Below, piece by piece: positions 32,770 to 43,958 of a stretch of 64,000 bases of DNA (its first letter is position 1; each line of letters starts with the position of its first letter). Both the position numbers and the translations under genes were made by a program. This DNA comes from an uncultured Candidatus Rokubacteria bacterium (GTDB lineage: Bacteria > Methylomirabilota > Methylomirabilia > Rokubacteriales > CSP1-6): positions 352,001-416,000 of the forward strand of contig CAVXJS010000021.1 of the NCBI GenBank assembly GCA_963762145.1, given 5' to 3'. The notes beneath the pieces are model-generated. The model saw only the letters and a program-made list of their open reading frames with translations, was not told the origin of the DNA and did no database searches.

Positions 32770-33488
32770 GACTTGACGCGGACCGCGCAGAAGCGGAAGT
32801 ACGGCCAGTGATGCACCACGTCCACGCCCACGAGCCCGGCCCGCTCGCAGAGCCCGCTGACCTCCACCGGAGTGTACGAGCGCTTGACGGACAGCGGCCC
32901 GTCGTGACGCGAGATCGCGCTGCGGGTGATGAACCGCGTGATCAGCCACACCACCCAGTGGGCGACACGGCTTCGCACCAGGTCGTTGACCACGAAGCCC
33001 AGCCGGGCGGCCCGGTCCATCTCGGCCAGGTACCGCACCCCCGCGTCCGGCTCCAGGTGATGGAGCGTCATCGCGGAGATCGTGAGGTCCACCGCCCCCG
33101 CGCGGATCGGCAGGGAGAGCGCATCGCCGCGCACGAAGCGGATCTCGGGGTACTCGCGCACCACCTGCGCCGCGATCTGCAGCGTGGCCGCGTCGCGGTC
33201 CAGCGCGAAGATGCGGATGCGCCGGCCCTGCCGCCGCGCCCAGCGCACGAGCTCGCGCGGGATGTCCCCCGCCCCGGTGCCCACGTCGAGCACGGTGATC
33301 AGCCGCTCGGCGGGCAGCGCGTCGAGCAGGCGCTTCACGTGGACCATCGTCACCATGCGGCCGCCGAACAGCGCGTTGACGCGCGAGATGTCCTTCATGC
33401 AGCACGCCATGTCCTTGAACGGGACGGGCGGCCCGTCGATGATCTCGAGCACACCCGCGGCGCGGGCCAGCGGCGAAAAGAAGGGCAT
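32766..33488 (-). CDS. SAM-dependent methyltransferase
   Basis: LDVGTGAGD, GDALSLP, LHH, VNDLVR, HDGPLSV. Confidence 0.9.
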   Translation of the reverse strand: MPFFSPLARAAGVLEIIDGPPVPFKDMACCMKDISRVNALFGGRMVTMVHVKRLLDALPAERLITVLDVGTGAGDIPRELVRWARRQGRRIRIFALDRDAATLQIAAQVVREYPEIRFVRGDALSLPIRAGAVDLTISAMTLHHLEPDAGVRYLAEMDRAARLGFVVNDLVRSRVAHWVVWLITRFITRSAISRHDGPLSVKRSYTPVEVSGLCERAGLVGVDVVHHWPYFRFCAVRVKS

Positions 33489-33489
33489 G

Positions 33490-34515
33490 CTACCAGCGCA
33501 GCAGGGCGCCCTCGGCCGCGAAGCCCGGCCCGAGCGCGATCATGAGACCCCAGTCCCCCGGCACCGGCTCGCGCGAGCGCAGCAGGTCGTCGAGCACGAA
33601 GACCACGGTGGCGGAGGACATGTTCCCGTACTGCTGCAGCACGTTGCGCGAGTGCGTGAGGCGACTCTCGTCCAGCTCCATCAGCTTCCCCACCTGCTCG
33701 ATCACCCGCCGCCCCGCCGAGTGCAGCACGAAGTGCGCGATGTCGGCCTGCTTGAGCCCGTGGGAGGCCAGCAGGGTATCGGCCATCTCCTTCATCATGC
33801 CCGCCCCGATGCGCCGCACGTCCTTGGAGAGGACCACCCGCGGCCGCCCCCCCGGATACTCGAAGCCCATCGCGCCCAGGTGCTCGGAGCGGAACATCGT
33901 GCGGTGCTCGACGATCTCCGGACCCGACCCGTCCGCGCTGACCGCGATGGCCCCCGCCCCGTCGGCAAAGATGGCGTGCGCCACCGCGCTCTCGAGCCGG
34001 TCGTCGAGGAAGTAGGCCGCCGAGCAGATCTCCACCGCCACCATCACCGCGCGGTGCTCCGGGAACGCGCGGAGGTGGTTGGACACCTGCTGCATCGCCA
34101 CCATCGCGCTGGCGCACCCGGTGTCGCCCACGTGCACGCGCTGGATGGTGGGCTTGAGGCCGAGCTCGTTGATGATCTGCGCGTCGAGGCTCGGGCACAC
34201 GCGCCCGGTGCAGGTGGTGGTGGCGAGGAAGTCCACGTCCTCCCGACGCCAGCCCGCCTGCTCGATCGCCCGCGCCACCGCCGCCTTGCCCACCTCCACC
34301 GCCCCGCGCCGCCAGCGGTCGTTGAGCTGGTCCACGCTCTCGTCGGGGGTGAACGTCTCGGGGTCGAAATAGAGGTGCCGCGTCTCGATCAGGCTGTTGT
34401 TGAAGAAGCCCATGCGGCGCGGATCGTCGTAGCCCGACATGCGGAGGACGGTGGCCTGATCGTAGCGCCAGGGGGGAGTCGCGGTCGCGACGGCAGCGAT
34501 CTTCGGCGCGGCCAT
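33490..34515 (-). CDS. Type III polyketide synthase
   Basis: Cys-His-Asn triad: GDTGCASA, LHSAG, YGNMSSA; also TCTG, EICS, FADGA, LGPGF. Confidence 0.93.
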   Translation of the reverse strand: MAAPKIAAVATATPPWRYDQATVLRMSGYDDPRRMGFFNNSLIETRHLYFDPETFTPDESVDQLNDRWRRGAVEVGKAAVARAIEQAGWRREDVDFLATTTCTGRVCPSLDAQIINELGLKPTIQRVHVGDTGCASAMVAMQQVSNHLRAFPEHRAVMVAVEICSAAYFLDDRLESAVAHAIFADGAGAIAVSADGSGPEIVEHRTMFRSEHLGAMGFEYPGGRPRVVLSKDVRRIGAGMMKEMADTLLASHGLKQADIAHFVLHSAGRRVIEQVGKLMELDESRLTHSRNVLQQYGNMSSATVVFVLDDLLRSREPVPGDWGLMIALGPGFAAEGALLRW

Positions 34516-34608
34516 GGATCGGAGGCTACACCCCGCCCCCTTGCCTTGTCCAGGCGACGGGGGCAATATCATTCGCGCTGCTATCCCATCGTCGCCAAGG
34601 AGCCGCGG

Positions 34609-35133
34609 ATGCCGCTCTTCTCGTTCGAAGGCAAGTCCCCGCGCGTGCACCCGAGCGCCTTCATCGCCCCCACCGCCAACCTGATCGGCGACGTCACGGT
34701 GGAGGAGAACGCCTCGGTCTGGTACAACACCGTCCTTCGCGCCGACTTCAACCCGATCGTCGTCCGCCGCGGCGCCAACGTCCAGGACTGCGCGGTGATC
34801 CACGTCACCCCCGCGGGCGGCGTCGACATCGGCCCCGGCGCCACCATCGGGCACCTCTGCCTGGTCCACGCCGCCACCGTCGGCGAGGAAGCCCTGGTCG
34901 GTAACTCTTCCACGCTGCTCGACGGCGTCAAGATCGGCGTGCGGGCCATGGTGGCCGCCGGCTCCCTGGTGACGCCGGGCACCGAGATCCCCGACGGCGT
35001 GCTGGCCATGGGCGCCCCCTGCAAGGTGAAGGGCCCGCTCGCGGGCACCGCCGCCGAGCGCTGGGTGCAGATGAACCCGGCCGGCTACCAGGCCCTGGCC
35101 CAGCGCCACCGCAAGGGAGTGCAGCCCGCGTGA
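34609..35133 (+). CDS. Gamma-carbonic anhydrase family protein
   Basis: Hexapeptide repeats, LRAD, NVQD..VIH, IGH...H. Confidence 0.9.
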   Translation: MPLFSFEGKSPRVHPSAFIAPTANLIGDVTVEENASVWYNTVLRADFNPIVVRRGANVQDCAVIHVTPAGGVDIGPGATIGHLCLVHAATVGEEALVGNSSTLLDGVKIGVRAMVAAGSLVTPGTEIPDGVLAMGAPCKVKGPLAGTAAERWVQMNPAGYQALAQRHRKGVQPA

Positions 35134-35768
35134 CCCCCGAGCCGCGCCGCCACATTCTCCTCACCGGCTTCGAGCCCTTCGACGGGGACACCGTCAACCC
35201 CTCGGGCGAGGTCGCGAAGCAGCTCGACGGCACGGTGATCGGCGACTGCGTGGTGCGCAGCGTCATCCTGCCGGTGCAGCACGAGGCGGCGCGCGCGCGG
35301 GTGGTCCCGCTCCTGGAGGCGCCGGGACTGGTCGCGGTGCTGCATCTCGGCCTCGCGGGCGGCCGCGCGCGCATCTCGCTGGAGCGCGTGGCCGTCAACG
35401 TGATGGACTACTCGCGGCCGGACGCGCACGGCCAGGTGCTGCGCGACGTGGCGTGCGCGGAGGACGGCCCGGCGGCCTACTTCAGCACGCTCCCGCTGCG
35501 GGAGACCCTGGCCGCGCTGACCGCGGAGGGGATCCCGGCGGCCATCTCGAATACGGCCGGCACGTATCTCTGCAACGACATCTCCTACACTACACTGCAT
35601 GCCCTCGACCTGCGGGGCCTCGCGATCCCGACCGGCTTCGTCCACCTGCCGTTCTTGCCGTCGATGGTGACCGTGCACGGGCTCGACGAGCCGAGCATGG
35701 ACGTGGCGATGATGACGCAGGCGGTCGAGATCGTCCTGTCCCGCATCACCCAACCAGGAGGAGGATGA
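35130..35768 (+). CDS. pcp: Pyroglutamyl-peptidase I
   Basis: LTGFEPF, NPS, ERVAVN, SNTAGTYLCN, GFVHLP. Confidence 0.93.
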   Translation: MTPEPRRHILLTGFEPFDGDTVNPSGEVAKQLDGTVIGDCVVRSVILPVQHEAARARVVPLLEAPGLVAVLHLGLAGGRARISLERVAVNVMDYSRPDAHGQVLRDVACAEDGPAAYFSTLPLRETLAALTAEGIPAAISNTAGTYLCNDISYTTLHALDLRGLAIPTGFVHLPFLPSMVTVHGLDEPSMDVAMMTQAVEIVLSRITQPGGG

Positions 35769-35771
35769 TCC

Positions 35772-36317
35772 ATGAATTCCACCATCCGAGCCGCCGTGGG
35801 CCTCGCCCTTGCCACCGGATTGCTGGCCGCCTGCGCCAGCGGGGCGCCGAGCCCGGAGAGCCGCAACGCGCTGATCGAGAGCGCCACCGCCGCGATGCAG
35901 GCCATGAACCGCGTGGATCCCGGCGTCGAGGCCATGGCCCGCAAGGGCTACGGGTACATCGTGTTCCCGGAGGTGATCAAGGCCGGGCTGGGCTTCGGGG
36001 GCGGCCACGGCTACGGCGTCGTGTACGAGCAGGGGCAGCACGTCGGCTTCGCCGACCTGACCCTGGCGTCGGTCGGGGCGCAGATCGGCGGTCAGACCTT
36101 CAGCGAGCTGATCGTGTTCGAGAACAAGGCGGCCATGGACCGCTTCAAGGCGGGCCCGCTCGATTTCACCGCCGGCGCCGGGGCGATGATCCTGCAGAAC
36201 GGCGCATCGGCGAACGCCCAGTTCGTCGACGGGATGACGGTGGTCGTGACCCCGATCACGGGCGCGATGGCCGAGGCGACGATCGGCGGCCAGCAGCTCA
36301 GGTACGCGGCCAAGTAG
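35772..36317 (+). CDS. YSC84/SYLF-like lipoprotein
   Basis: LAAC lipobox, VFPEVIKAGLGFGG, SVGAQIGGQ. Confidence 0.82.
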   Translation: MNSTIRAAVGLALATGLLAACASGAPSPESRNALIESATAAMQAMNRVDPGVEAMARKGYGYIVFPEVIKAGLGFGGGHGYGVVYEQGQHVGFADLTLASVGAQIGGQTFSELIVFENKAAMDRFKAGPLDFTAGAGAMILQNGASANAQFVDGMTVVVTPITGAMAEATIGGQQLRYAAK

Positions 36318-36344
36318 CCCGCGCGGCCATCTCGCGGCGCGGGC
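36317..36344. terminator. GC-rich hairpin between convergent genes
   Basis: GCCCGCGC...GCGCGGGC stem; no U-tract. Confidence 0.35.
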
Positions 36345-36345
36345 C

Positions 36346-36825
36346 TCATCGGAGCAGCTCGGCCAGCTTGTCGTAGCTCTCGGCGGCGCGGTCCTCCATG
36401 GGCGAGCCGAGGACCAGGTCGCGGGCCGCCCGCGACTGGTAGCGCTGCGTGGCGGTCAGAGTCGTCCGGCCGCCCTGCTCGTCCAGGACCGTCGTGATCA
36501 CGGCTTCGCCGGGGTACCAGGGCCGGTCGAACCGCTCGGTGTGCACGAGGCGCTCGGGCGGCACGACCTCGCGGTAGACGCCGCCCACGCCGATGACGGC
36601 AAAGCTCGCACTGCGGCGCCGCACGAACCGATAGGCGCCGCGGGGCCGTAGATCCACCTCGCAGACCACCAGGGACCAGCCCCGGGGACCGTGCCAGCGC
36701 TGCAGCAGCTCGGGCCGGGTCAGGGCGTCGAAGACCTGGCTGCGCGGGGCGTCGAACACGCGCGTCAGCACGATCTCGTCGTCGGTGGGGGTCGTCAGCG
36801 TCAAGCTTCCGGTGCGTTCGGTCAT
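36346..36825 (-). CDS. SRPBCC/AHSA1 domain protein
   Basis: IVLTRVFDAPR, CEVDLRP, YREVVPPERLVHTE. Confidence 0.88.
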   Translation of the reverse strand: MTERTGSLTLTTPTDDEIVLTRVFDAPRSQVFDALTRPELLQRWHGPRGWSLVVCEVDLRPRGAYRFVRRRSASFAVIGVGGVYREVVPPERLVHTERFDRPWYPGEAVITTVLDEQGGRTTLTATQRYQSRAARDLVLGSPMEDRAAESYDKLAELLR

Positions 36826-36894
36826 TTCGCCCTCCTTCACCGGATGATCGAACGGCGCGGCCCGGAAATCGACACGGCGGCCCCGACGCCCGCC

Positions 36895-37973
36895 TCAGGC
36901 GCGTGTCAGTCGGCGCACGGCCTCCTCGGTTTCGAGCGCCAGCCGCGCGATGAGGTCCGCGGCGGATTGCCGGCGGGCCAGCCGGACCGCCTGGCCCGCC
37001 CAGAGTGACAGGAACTCCGCGCGGCCTTGCCGGGCCGCCGCGCTCCGCAGGGGCCGCGTCAGCGCGTTCTGGAGCGGGAAGGGCAGGATGGACTCGGGCG
37101 TGCGGTCGATCTCGGTCATGAAGCGGTTGACGATTCCACGCGCGGGTCGGCCCGAGAAGGCGCGGGTCAGGCGCGTCTCGTCCTCGTGCGCCCGGAGGAT
37201 CGCCTCCTTGTACGCATCCGGGATCCCGGCCTCGTGGCAGGTCAGGAAGGCGGTGCCCATCTGCACCGCGCTCGCGCCGAGGGCGAGGGCCGCCGCGATC
37301 CCGCGGCCGTCCATGATGCCGCCGGAGGCGATCACGGGGACCTTCACCGCGTCCACGACCTGCGGCACGAGCGCCATCGTGCCCACCAGCCCCGCCTCGA
37401 AGGCGCCCGCGAAGGTGCCCCGATGCCCGCCCGCCTCGCTGCCCTGCGTGACGATCGCGTCCACGCCCGCCGTCTCCAGCGAGACGGCCTCCCCCACGGT
37501 CGTCGCGGTCCCGATCACGAGCATGCCCCGGGCCCGGATCGCCGCGAGGGCCGTCGGCCGGGAGCAGCCCGAAGGTGAAGCTGAAGACCGCGGCGCCGGA
37601 CTCGAGCGCCGCGGCGAGCTGCTCGCCGAACGAATCGGCCGCGAGCGTCGGGAGCTCCGGACGCGGCAGCGCGAGCTCGGCGTAGAACGGCGCCAGCCGA
37701 TCGAGCGCCCGCCCGGGCTCACGCGGCGGCTCGGGGGCCGGAAGCGGGGCGAAGAGGTTGATCCCGAAGGGGCGCGCGGTCCGGGCCCGGACCGCGCGCG
37801 CCGTCTCGACGATCTGCGCCGGGGGTCAGATACGACGCGCCGATGAAGCCGAGGGCCCCCGCCTCGGCGACGGCGGCGACGAGCGCCGGCGTGTCGCCGC
37901 CGCCGGCCAGCGGCGCCTGGATCACGGGGTGCCGCAGGCCCAGCCTACCGGTCAGGATCGTCGCGCGCGACAT
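36895..37973 (-). CDS. Nitronate monooxygenase family flavoprotein (frameshifted)
   Basis: [57 protein letters not shown]. Confidence 0.9.
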
Positions 37974-38043
37974 GACGCACCTCCATGCCGGCAGTCTCGG
38001 CGGCTCCGTCCCTTTTGAAAAGTGAATTATTGTGATAGGAGTG

Positions 38044-38058
38044 TTCTCGATATGGGAA
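38044..38058. promoter_or_regulatory. Probable LysR-type operator overlapping the regulator start codon
   Basis: TTCTCGATATGGGAA, near-palindrome with T-N11-A core in an AT-rich divergent region. Confidence 0.55.
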
Positions 38059-38932
38059 ACATCGACCTGACCGCCCTGGAGATCTTCAAGACCGTCGCGG
38101 AGCAGGGCGGCATCGCGAAGGCGGCGACCCGGCTCCACCGCGTGCCGTCGAACGTGACGACGCGGGTCAAGCAGCTCGAGGAGCGGCTCGGCACCAAGCT
38201 GTTCCTCCGCGGGAACCGGCGACTCGTGCTGTCGGCGGAGGGCAAGCGTCTGCTCGGGTACGCCGACCGGCTCCTGCATCTCTCGTCCGAGGCGGAGGCC
38301 GCGTGTCGCAACGGCTCGCCGGCGGGAGCATTCCAGATCGGGGCCCTCGAGAGCACCGCCGCGACCCGGCTTCCCCCGATCCTCTCCCGGTTTCACCGGC
38401 GCTATCCCGCGGTGCGGCTCGAGCTGGTCACCGGCACGACGGGCGCCCTGATCGCCCGGGTCATGAGCCACGAGATCGAGGCGGCCTTCGTCGCGGAGCC
38501 GTTCACCGCGGACGACCTCGAGGGCGACCCGGTCTTCTGCGAGGAGCTGGTCCTGATCACCCCCCGGAGCTTCCGCAAGGTGAAGACGCCGCGCGACATC
38601 GGCCACACGACGCTGATCGTCTTCGCGACGGGCTGCTCGTACCGGCGGCGGCTGGAGGCGTGGCTCGGGAGACGCGAAGGTGATGCCCGAGCGCGTCATG
38701 GAGTTCGCCTCGTACCACGCGATCGTGGCCTGTGTCGCGGCGGGCGTCGGGATCGCGATCGTGCCGCGCTCGGTGATTCGCGTCAGCCTGGCCGCATCCG
38801 GCGTCGCGACGTACGCGCTGCCCCCCGCGGATGGCGAAGGCACGGACCTGCTTCGTCTGGCGTCAGGGCCACCAGTCGGTCGCGCTCGACGCCATGCGGG
38901 CCGAGCTACGACGCACGACGCGCCGGTCCTGA
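38052..38932 (+). CDS. LysR-family regulator, PtrR/YneJ-like (two frameshifts)
   Basis: [47 protein letters not shown]. Confidence 0.9.
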
Positions 38933-38936
38933 GCCC

Positions 38937-40166
38937 ATGGACATCGCGATCATCGGCGGCGGCATCGGCGGGCTGACCCTCGCGCTCGCCCTGCACCAGC
39001 GCGGCATCGCCTGCCGCGTGTACGAGAGCGCGCCGGAGGTGCGCGAGCTGGGCGTGGGCATCACGCTGCTGCCCCACGGCATGCGCGAGCTGACCGCGCT
39101 CGGCCTGGGCGAGGCGCTGGCGGCCCAGGGCATCGAGAACCGCGACAGCTGCTTCTTCAACCGCTTCGGCCAGCTCATCTACTCGGAGCCGCGCGGCCGG
39201 GCCGCGGGCTATCCGGTCCCCGAGGTGGGCATCCATCGCGGCCGCGTGCACCTGACGCTCTGGCGCGCCGCGGTAGAGCGCCTCGGTGCGTCCCGGATCG
39301 TCACCGATCACCAGTGCGTCGGGCTCGACCAGAGCGACCGGGACGTGACCCTGCACTTCCGGTCGATCACGACCGGCGCCCCGCGCGCGTCCGTCACCGC
39401 CGACGTCGCGATCGCCTGCGACGGGGTGAACTCGGCGGTGCGCCGGCAGTTCTACCCGGGCGAGGAGCTCTGCTTCGGCGGCATCAATACCTGGCGCGGG
39501 GTCACCCGCGCCCGGCCCTTCCTGACCGGGCGCAGCTACGTGCGCGTCGGCTCCATCCAGTCCGGCAACCTCGTGATCTATCCGATCGTGGACGACGTGG
39601 ACGGTCAGGGGCAGCAGCTCATCAACTGGACCGCGCAGGTCGCGCAGCCGGGCTACGAGCGCAACGACTGGAACAAGCCGGGCCGGCTCGAGGACTTCCT
39701 GCCCATCTTCGCGCGATGGACCTTCGATTGGCTGAACGTCCCCGACCTGCTGCGCCGCTCGGACGTGATCTTCGAGTACCCGATGGTGGACCGGGACCCG
39801 GTGGATCGCTGGACCTTCGGCCGCGTGACCTTGCTGGGCGACGCCGCGCACCCGATGTATCCGCGCGGCTCCAACGGCGCGGCCCAGGCCATCCTGGACG
39901 CGCGCACGCTCGCCGACGGCCTGGCCGCGGGCGGCGACCCGGTGGCCGCGCTCGCGGCCTACGAGGCGGCGCGCTCGGCGCCGACCGCGCGCGTGGTGCG
40001 CACGAACCGCGAGCATCCCCCGGACTACCTCATCCGTCGAGTGGAGGAGCTGGTGGGCGACGTGCCCTTCGACGATCTCGACCGTTACATCACCCGCGCC
40101 GAGCTCGAGCGGCTCTCGGAGGAGTACAAGCGCGTCGCCGGCTTCGCCCGCGAGCACGTGACGTAG
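38937..40166 (+). CDS. Flavin-dependent monooxygenase (group A)
   Basis: [33 protein letters not shown]. Confidence 0.9.
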   Translation: MDIAIIGGGIGGLTLALALHQRGIACRVYESAPEVRELGVGITLLPHGMRELTALGLGEALAAQGIENRDSCFFNRFGQLIYSEPRGRAAGYPVPEVGIHRGRVHLTLWRAAVERLGASRIVTDHQCVGLDQSDRDVTLHFRSITTGAPRASVTADVAIACDGVNSAVRRQFYPGEELCFGGINTWRGVTRARPFLTGRSYVRVGSIQSGNLVIYPIVDDVDGQGQQLINWTAQVAQPGYERNDWNKPGRLEDFLPIFARWTFDWLNVPDLLRRSDVIFEYPMVDRDPVDRWTFGRVTLLGDAAHPMYPRGSNGAAQAILDARTLADGLAAGGDPVAALAAYEAARSAPTARVVRTNREHPPDYLIRRVEELVGDVPFDDLDRYITRAELERLSEEYKRVAGFAREHVT

Positions 40167-40229
40167 AGAATCACCCTTGACGTGATGCCATGTCGGGTCC
40201 AGCCTTGCTCGTGGAGGAGGGACCCGACG

Positions 40230-40580
40230 ATGAACCGCTTGAACCGACGGATGACACTGATGGTGTGGGCCCTGGTTGCACTGGCCCTGATGCCCGCGGT
40301 CGCGCTCGCCCAGATTCCCGGCGTCGGCTCGATGATCCCGGACAAGGCGAAGCTCCTGGAGCAGGCGCAGAAGCTCGTCACCGATCTGACCGACATGAAG
40401 AGCAGCGGCAAGCTGGGGGCGGCCGACACCGCGAAGGTCGATTCCCTGCTGCCGAAGGCGACCGCGGTGAACAGCGAGCTGGCCAAGCCCCAGGTCGAGA
40501 CCAGCCGTCTGCCCCAGCTCGCCAGCCAGCTCGGCGATCTCCAGAAGCAGACCGCCTCGCTCAAGGGCGCGATGAAGTAG
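40230..40580 (+). CDS. Small secreted helical hypothetical protein
   Basis: GGAGG SD, signal peptide ending ALA-Q, strongly GC3-biased codons. Confidence 0.75.
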   Translation: MNRLNRRMTLMVWALVALALMPAVALAQIPGVGSMIPDKAKLLEQAQKLVTDLTDMKSSGKLGAADTAKVDSLLPKATAVNSELAKPQVETSRLPQLASQLGDLQKQTASLKGAMK

Positions 40581-40598
40581 CGCGAGCCCTCGACGCGG

Positions 40599-41879
40599 TC
40601 AACCGGCGCGCCCGACGTCCAATCCTGCGCGGAGCGCGCGGCTGCGCTCGAGCATGGCCGCGACCCGTGACTCGAGCCGTCGACCTGGGCCGGCGCGATC
40701 GGACGCGGCCTCCGATTCGAGCAGCTCCCGCTCCCACGCGGCCCACGCGCGCTGCGCCGGCGGGATCAAGCGGCCGGGATCCGCCATGAGCGCGTCGCCC
40801 AGCGCCTTCTGCGCCCACCAGGACGATACGGGATCGGGCTCGCCACCCCCGGCGGCCAGCGCCGGTGGCAGCGGCGCGTCCAGGCCGACCGGCAAGAACA
40901 CGCTCGTGCAGGGCGTGCCCTGGCTGCACCAGAGCGCGACGGGCACCGCCTCGTCGCGGGGCAGCTCCGCCACCAGGCTCGCGGCCGTCGCGGAGACGCC
41001 GGGCTCGGGGTGCATGCAGACCGACCAGCCGAGCGGATCGCCGTCCTTCCGGCCGCGCACGGGAATGGTGCCGCCCTCGTGATGATCCCGGAGATGTCGC
41101 ATCATGCCCGCCACCGTGGGCGCCGCGGGCTCGGCCAGGAACCGGCAGCTCGCCTCGAGGCGCGCCTCCGCCCGGTAGCGCGGCGCCGGGTTCTCGAACG
41201 CCTGCCTGAAGTTGAGGCGCCGACCGGCGGGCTCCGCCCACCAGCCCCGCGCTCGCGCGTAGGCCTCGATCCCGGCGGAGGCCTCGTCCCAGTCGTCCTC
41301 GATGGTGGCGCAGTTCGAGATCGCGGCGCGCTCGCGGACGCGGCGCGCGACCCAGTGGCGCCCCGAGGTCTCGAGCACCCACGCCTCGGCGGGGTCGGCG
41401 ATGATGAACGAGTTGTTGTAGCGGCGGGCCTCCCGGTGGCTCGCATTGCCGCCCTGGCCGTGCCGCTCGAGCAGCCCCGTGATGACCTGCTTCGCGTCGG
41501 CCGCGGTGCCGCCGCGCTCGAGGCCGAGTCGCACGAGGTCCATGCCGAGCAGGCCCGTGCCGTCCAGCTCCTCGCGCGTGTGCAGCGCCTCGTTGCCGAT
41601 CACCACGCGGCGCTCGTTGACGCCGTGCTCGAAGCCCCAGAGCCACCAGGGCCGGCTCCCGAGCACCGCTAGGGTCTCCGCCACCTGGGGAATCGTCACG
41701 TACTGGCAGCGCAGGCGGCCCGTGGCCTCGTGGGCGAGGCGCGGCGCGCGGAAGAGCGGCTGGCACTCGTCGGGCGGCCGGTCGCTGTTCTTGGCGAACA
41801 GCGTGTGCCCGTCGCGCGTGTGCGGGCCGAGCACGACGAGGGTGTCGCAGCTCGTATCGAGCGTCTCCCGTCCTTTCAC
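40599..41879 (-). CDS. C69 family dipeptidase/secernin-like Ntn hydrolase
   Basis: SCDT nucleophile, AKNSDR, WLWGFEHGVNE, GNEA, GMDLVRLGLER, NSFIIAD. Confidence 0.88.
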   Translation of the reverse strand: MKGRETLDTSCDTLVVLGPHTRDGHTLFAKNSDRPPDECQPLFRAPRLAHEATGRLRCQYVTIPQVAETLAVLGSRPWWLWGFEHGVNERRVVIGNEALHTREELDGTGLLGMDLVRLGLERGGTAADAKQVITGLLERHGQGGNASHREARRYNNSFIIADPAEAWVLETSGRHWVARRVRERAAISNCATIEDDWDEASAGIEAYARARGWWAEPAGRRLNFRQAFENPAPRYRAEARLEASCRFLAEPAAPTVAGMMRHLRDHHEGGTIPVRGRKDGDPLGWSVCMHPEPGVSATAASLVAELPRDEAVPVALWCSQGTPCTSVFLPVGLDAPLPPALAAGGGEPDPVSSWWAQKALGDALMADPGRLIPPAQRAWAAWERELLESEAASDRAGPGRRLESRVAAMLERSRALRAGLDVGRAG

Positions 41880-41966
41880 GGGCCCCACGATACCAGACGC
41901 GCTTGTTCCGCGGCCGCTCTTTGGGTAGCGTTGTGGGCCGGACCGACAATACCAGGAGGCTACACG

Positions 41967-42785
41967 ATGAATCTGGGACTCGACGGCAAGCGCGCCCTCG
42001 TCACCGGCGGCAGCCTCGGCATCGGCAAGGCGATCGCGCGGGAGCTGGCCCGCGAGGGCGCCGACGTCGCGATCGTGGCGCGCACGAAGGACACGCTCGA
42101 GGCGGCGGCCCGGGAGCTGGCCGCCGAGACCGGGCGCCGTGTCGTCCCGCTGGTGGCCGACGTGACGAGCCGGCCGCAGGTGGACGCCATGGTGGCCCAG
42201 GCCGCGGCGCAGCTCGGCGGGCTGCACATCCTGGTCAACAGCGGCTCGGCACCCGGAGGCTCCGCCACCGCCACCGGCCCCATCGAGACCGTCGTGGACG
42301 AGGACCTGCTCCAGGACTTCAACATCAAGTACGTCGGCGCCCTTCGCTGCGCCCGCGCCGCCATTCCCTTCATGAAGGAGCAGGGCTGGGGCCGCATCAT
42401 CAACATCAGCGGGACCAATGCGCGGAACGCGGGCAATCTGAGCGGCGGGGCGCGCAACACCTCGCTCGTGCACCTCTCCAAGACGCTCGCGGTGCAGCTC
42501 GGCCGCTTCGGGATCACCGTCAACTGCGTGCACCCCGGCATCACGCGCACGGAGCGCACGCCACGCCTCCTCGCCGCCCGGGCCAAGGAGCTGGGGGTGG
42601 ACGCCGCGGACGTGGAGAAGGCCGACTTCGCGCCGGACTCGCCGCGCGGCAACGCGATCTGTCGGATGGTCGACGCGGCGGAGATCGCCTACGTCACCGC
42701 GTTCCTCGCCTCCGACAAGGCCTGGGCGATCTCGGGCGAGCTCATCGTGGCCACCGGCGGCGCGGGCCGGTCCGTGTACTACTGA
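41967..42785 (+). CDS. SDR family oxidoreductase (atypical active site)
   Basis: TGGSLGIG, LVNSG, GRIINISG, VNCVHPG; no YxxxK. Confidence 0.85.
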   Translation: MNLGLDGKRALVTGGSLGIGKAIARELAREGADVAIVARTKDTLEAAARELAAETGRRVVPLVADVTSRPQVDAMVAQAAAQLGGLHILVNSGSAPGGSATATGPIETVVDEDLLQDFNIKYVGALRCARAAIPFMKEQGWGRIINISGTNARNAGNLSGGARNTSLVHLSKTLAVQLGRFGITVNCVHPGITRTERTPRLLAARAKELGVDAADVEKADFAPDSPRGNAICRMVDAAEIAYVTAFLASDKAWAISGELIVATGGAGRSVYY

Positions 42786-42795
42786 GCCGGCCGCG

Positions 42796-43956
42796 GTGAT
42801 CACGCGCTTCTCCACCCTCTACGTCGGCCACATCGAGCTGGAGCGCTGTGGGCTGGCCGGCGTGCCCGCCGACGACCGCCGGTACTCCAACGAGCGGCTC
42901 GCCGAGACGTTCGACACCGCGACCGCGCTGGCCCGAGCCGCCGACACCCTCGGCTACGAGACCCTGTGGCTGGCCGAGCATCATTTCCAGCACGAGGGCT
43001 ACGAGTGCATCCCGAGCATCCCGATGCTCGCGGTGGACCTGGCCCACCGCACCGAGCGCGTGAAGATCGGCTGCGCCTTCAACGTCCTCCCCGCGTGGCA
43101 CCCGCTGCGGCTCGCCGAGGACTACGCGGTCGCGGACATCCTCACCCGGGGCCGCGTCGTCTTCGGGGTGGGGCGTGGGTACCACACCCGCGAGGTCGAG
43201 ACGCTCGGCAACCCCATGCTGGACGCCGAGGCCAACCGCGAGCTCTTCGAGGAGCAAGTGGAGATCATCCTGAAGGCGTTCCGCGAGGAGTCGTTCTCGC
43301 ACCGGGGCAAGCACTACACCCTGCCTCCGGAGGTCCCCTACCGTGGCTATCCGCTGAAGGAGATCACCCTGGTGCCGCGTCCCCTGCGCCAGCCCGTCGA
43401 GATCTGGCAGCCCATCGTGAGCGGCGGCGCGCGGGGCCTCGACTTCATGGCCCGCCACGGCATCAAGGGCGTCATCTCCGCCACCGCCGAGGAGCTGGTC
43501 CAGCGCTGGGTCCGCGACTACCAGGAGGCCGCGCGCCGTCACGGCCGGGAGCTCCAGCTCGGCGAGGAGCTGATCCTCGGCTTCCGCATGTGCATCGACG
43601 ATTCGGTCGAGCGGGCCATCGAGCGCGCGCGGCCGTACTTCGAGGAGCACGCCAAGGTCATGGCGCCGCTCGGCATGCTGCGCTACAGCGAGGAGCACGT
43701 CCGCGCGGTCGCCGCCCGGCAGCCGCAATCGCCGACCGCGGCCACGCTCGAGAACGGCGTCCGCAATCGCTCGTGGCTCTGCGGGCCGTCGGGCGATATC
43801 GTCGCCTACTTGAAGGAGGTCGAGCGGCGCTACCCGGGGCTGGACCACGTCATGATCGGCTGGGCGATCGGCACGCCGCGGGCCCTCATGGTGGAGCAGC
43901 TCACCCGCTTCGCGCGAGAGGTCATGCCCGCGTTCCGTCCCGCGGGAGTCCGCTGA
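42796..43956 (+). CDS. Luciferase-like (LLM) flavin-dependent oxidoreductase
   Basis: WLAEHHF, HPLRLAED, GVGRGY, FAREVMPAF. Confidence 0.9.
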   Translation: MITRFSTLYVGHIELERCGLAGVPADDRRYSNERLAETFDTATALARAADTLGYETLWLAEHHFQHEGYECIPSIPMLAVDLAHRTERVKIGCAFNVLPAWHPLRLAEDYAVADILTRGRVVFGVGRGYHTREVETLGNPMLDAEANRELFEEQVEIILKAFREESFSHRGKHYTLPPEVPYRGYPLKEITLVPRPLRQPVEIWQPIVSGGARGLDFMARHGIKGVISATAEELVQRWVRDYQEAARRHGRELQLGEELILGFRMCIDDSVERAIERARPYFEEHAKVMAPLGMLRYSEEHVRAVAARQPQSPTAATLENGVRNRSWLCGPSGDIVAYLKEVERRYPGLDHVMIGWAIGTPRALMVEQLTRFAREVMPAFRPAGVR

Positions 43957-43958
43957 CC

